Positions 62,398 to 64,000 of a stretch of DNA of 64,000 nt are shown here, one piece after another. Source of the DNA: an uncultured virus (IMG/VR IMGVR_UViG_3300031329_000004). Lineage: Duplodnaviria > Heunggongvirae > Uroviricota > Caudoviricetes. The DNA lies in IMG/VR virus record IMGVR_UViG_3300031329_000004; one strand, 5' to 3'. The first letter of the stretch is position 1; every line of letters begins with the position of its first letter. The notes under the pieces were generated by a model, which did no database searches, was not told the origin of the DNA, and worked only from the letters and a program-made list of their open reading frames with translations. The position numbers and the translations under genes were made by a program.

Positions 62398-62889
62398 ATG
62401 ACAGACTACGAACAAGAAGCTCAAGACTTTCTTGATGCTACTAACACTACCATCACTAAGAAATTTCTTATGTATGGTCTACACTTTCCAGAAGATACTG
62501 ATGAGAGGAATATCTGGGAGATTACATTAACCAGATGACAACAATCATATACTTATAAATTCTGAGATAGTATTAATAACTCTCAGATAAAAGATAAAGC
62601 TGCTTTTAATAATCTATCAATTAGTAGAAGAAAGTATGTATCATCTTATATGTGAAATTATAAATATCCTAGAAAAGAGAATCCTAAAAAAATTCCTCCT
62701 ACTAACTGTAGTGTAATCTCATGTTTCTATATATGTGATGAATCATTTGCAGACTTCTGTGACTCTATGTGATATGACAGAGATTCTATTAAAGCTCTTG
62801 ATATATATAACAATGTCATGAAAGAAGTGAGAGAATTAAAATCATTATTCTCTCCAAGTGAATTAGAAAAGCTCCAAGAAATACAATAA
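62398..62889 (+). CDS. Conserved phage hypothetical protein
   Basis: FADFCDSMGYDRDSIKAL.IY pattern. Confidence 0.7.
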
Positions 62890-62905
62890 CATTTAATTAT
62901 ATATT

Positions 62906-63349
62906 ATGAAAATAGCTATCAACAAATGTTATGGATGATTTCAATTATCTATAATGGCTCAGAAAAGAATCGCAGAGATTCTATGAAAGACAGCATACTT
63001 CTTTCATAGAGAATATGATGATGATCTTAATGTGACATATACTCTTATGGATTACCAAGATCTCAACAACAAAACTTCTACTATGTTAGAATGTTATACA
63101 GTATCAACTCTTCCAGATGATATAGATACTATATCAGATAAAGATTATGATGCTATAACTCTACCCAATTATACAGACTATGATAATAGATCTCTTCCAG
63201 AACTTATACAAGTAATAGAAGAACTATGATCAGATGTATCTAATCATATTTCAAATATTAAAATAGTAGAAATTCCAGATGATGTTAAATGGCATATAAA
63301 TGATTATGATTGAATAGAAACTATTCACGAAGATCATAGATCATGGTAA
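62906..63349 (+). CDS. Conserved phage hypothetical protein
   Basis: INKCYGGFQLS...LIQVIEELG...IVEIPDDVKW.I.DYDG.E.IHE.HR.W. Confidence 0.8.
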
Positions 63350-63456
63350 TGAGTCTACAAAATGCTAGACTAAATAGTTAGACCGTAGCTTACAGCTACA
63401 ACACAATAATTCTTTGGATGCATTTCATCCAAACTTATATTCCTAATTTTTCCATT

Positions 63457-63825
63457 ATGAAAAATGCAATCGCAAAACAAGAAGCACATATTATGAATCT
63501 CTTTAATCTTACTCCAAAAGATATCTACTCTGAAAGAGAATTTCCATCTAAAGAAATTACTGACCAAGAAACTTGAGAAGTAAAACAATCTTGAAGTATG
63601 AAATCTATTTCACTTAAAGGTCTTATTAAAAACAATGCTATATCTTTCAAACTCTTTGAAAAGAAAGATGCTCAGATTGTTAAATACAATCGTGATACTC
63701 AAAAAGAGAACTTCGTAGTTCTAGATAAAGCTGCACTTGATTCTGATTTACTCCAGATACAAGCAATGCTTTCTAAAAGAAGTTCTAAATCTACATATAC
63801 TGTAGAAGACTTCTGTGAGGTTTAG
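63457..63825 (+). CDS. Hypothetical protein
   Basis: Track ORF 63598 extended upstream through TGAs (DQETGEVK); followed by a hairpin at ~63827-63868. Confidence 0.7.
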
Positions 63826-64000
63826 CCTAACCCATAGCTCAAGAATAATTTCTTGGGCTTTAGTTAGATTATATCCTAAAACAAAAACACAAATGATTAC
63901 ACTAGTAATACTATGCCAGAACTTATTCTGGACTCCACATAACACGAATCCTAGAGTTATAGAAGCTTGCGAGATAACTTGGCAAGAAACATATCCAGAT

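Larger units (their letters stand above)
1..64000. other. Tailed dsDNA phage genome segment using translation table 25 (TGA=Gly); host probably Gracilibacteria/Absconditabacteria
   Basis: TGA occupies invariant Gly positions: Walker A GKNGTGKST encoded tga-aaa-aac-tga-act-tga-aaa (SbcC-like gene at 47133), tail-fibre motif DVGLGNVDNTSD (~30595), HU RKGVNP, RNase H GxxPGIY and ADYGRK. TGG is used for Trp. TerL, portal and capsid genes are present. Confidence 0.97.

Noticed and set aside
548..63945. Minus-strand ORFs in the supplied track other than HU (e.g. 548-889, 16080-16454, 26180-26692, 60633-61058)
   Set aside because: Antisense shadows of + strand genes: Ser/Leu/Ile/Phe-rich with no recognisable motifs.
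1..64000. Mass pseudogenisation or sequencing error as the cause of frequent in-frame TGA
   Set aside because: Frames stay open with respect to TAA/TAG, catalytic motifs are intact, and TGA maps consistently to Gly.
1..64000. Genetic code 4 (TGA=Trp; Mycoplasma/Spiroplasma)
   Set aside because: TGA sits at obligatory Gly positions (GxxGxGKS, DVGLGNVDN), and conserved Trp residues use TGG.

Overview
Roughly 64 kb of a very AT-rich tailed (podovirus-like) bacteriophage genome that uses genetic code 25 (TGA = Gly), which points to a Gracilibacteria/Absconditabacteria (SR1) host in the CPR/Patescibacteria. The supplied code-11 ORF track is therefore mostly fragments and antisense shadows. I re-read the genes by hand with TGA=Gly, so coordinates are manual and start codons may be slightly off. 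Almost all genes are on the + strand. Order: a >5,050-aa, 5'-truncated virion protein carrying a two-barrel RNA polymerase active site (RAP...DHDGD) and a degenerate PD-(D/E)XK domain; TerS; TerL; an Acb1/T4-gp57B-like 2H phosphodiesterase; portal; scaffold; a TGA-free major capsid gene; adaptor, nozzle and internal virion proteins; three tail-fibre-type genes; a lysis module; HU (- strand); a structured non-coding region; a replication/recombination module (wHTH protein, RNase HI, RusA, SSB, initiator-like protein, DnaB, exonuclease, two SbcC-like ATPases, DNA MTase); and many small early-type genes, including a membrane-anchored M23+SLT hydrolase. Best candidates for new biology: the giant virion RNAP polyprotein; a shared acidic-GFxM C-terminal tag on the scaffold, the Acb1-like enzyme and an internal protein (possible capsid cargo-loading signal); a G8 slippage tract in a tail fibre; a small transcription unit with a long complement of the 16S 3' end; a switchable leader/terminator before the replication genes; and frame-independent GTGAC enrichment. 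I recognised no tRNA, CRISPR array, integrase, DNA polymerase or primase in the window.
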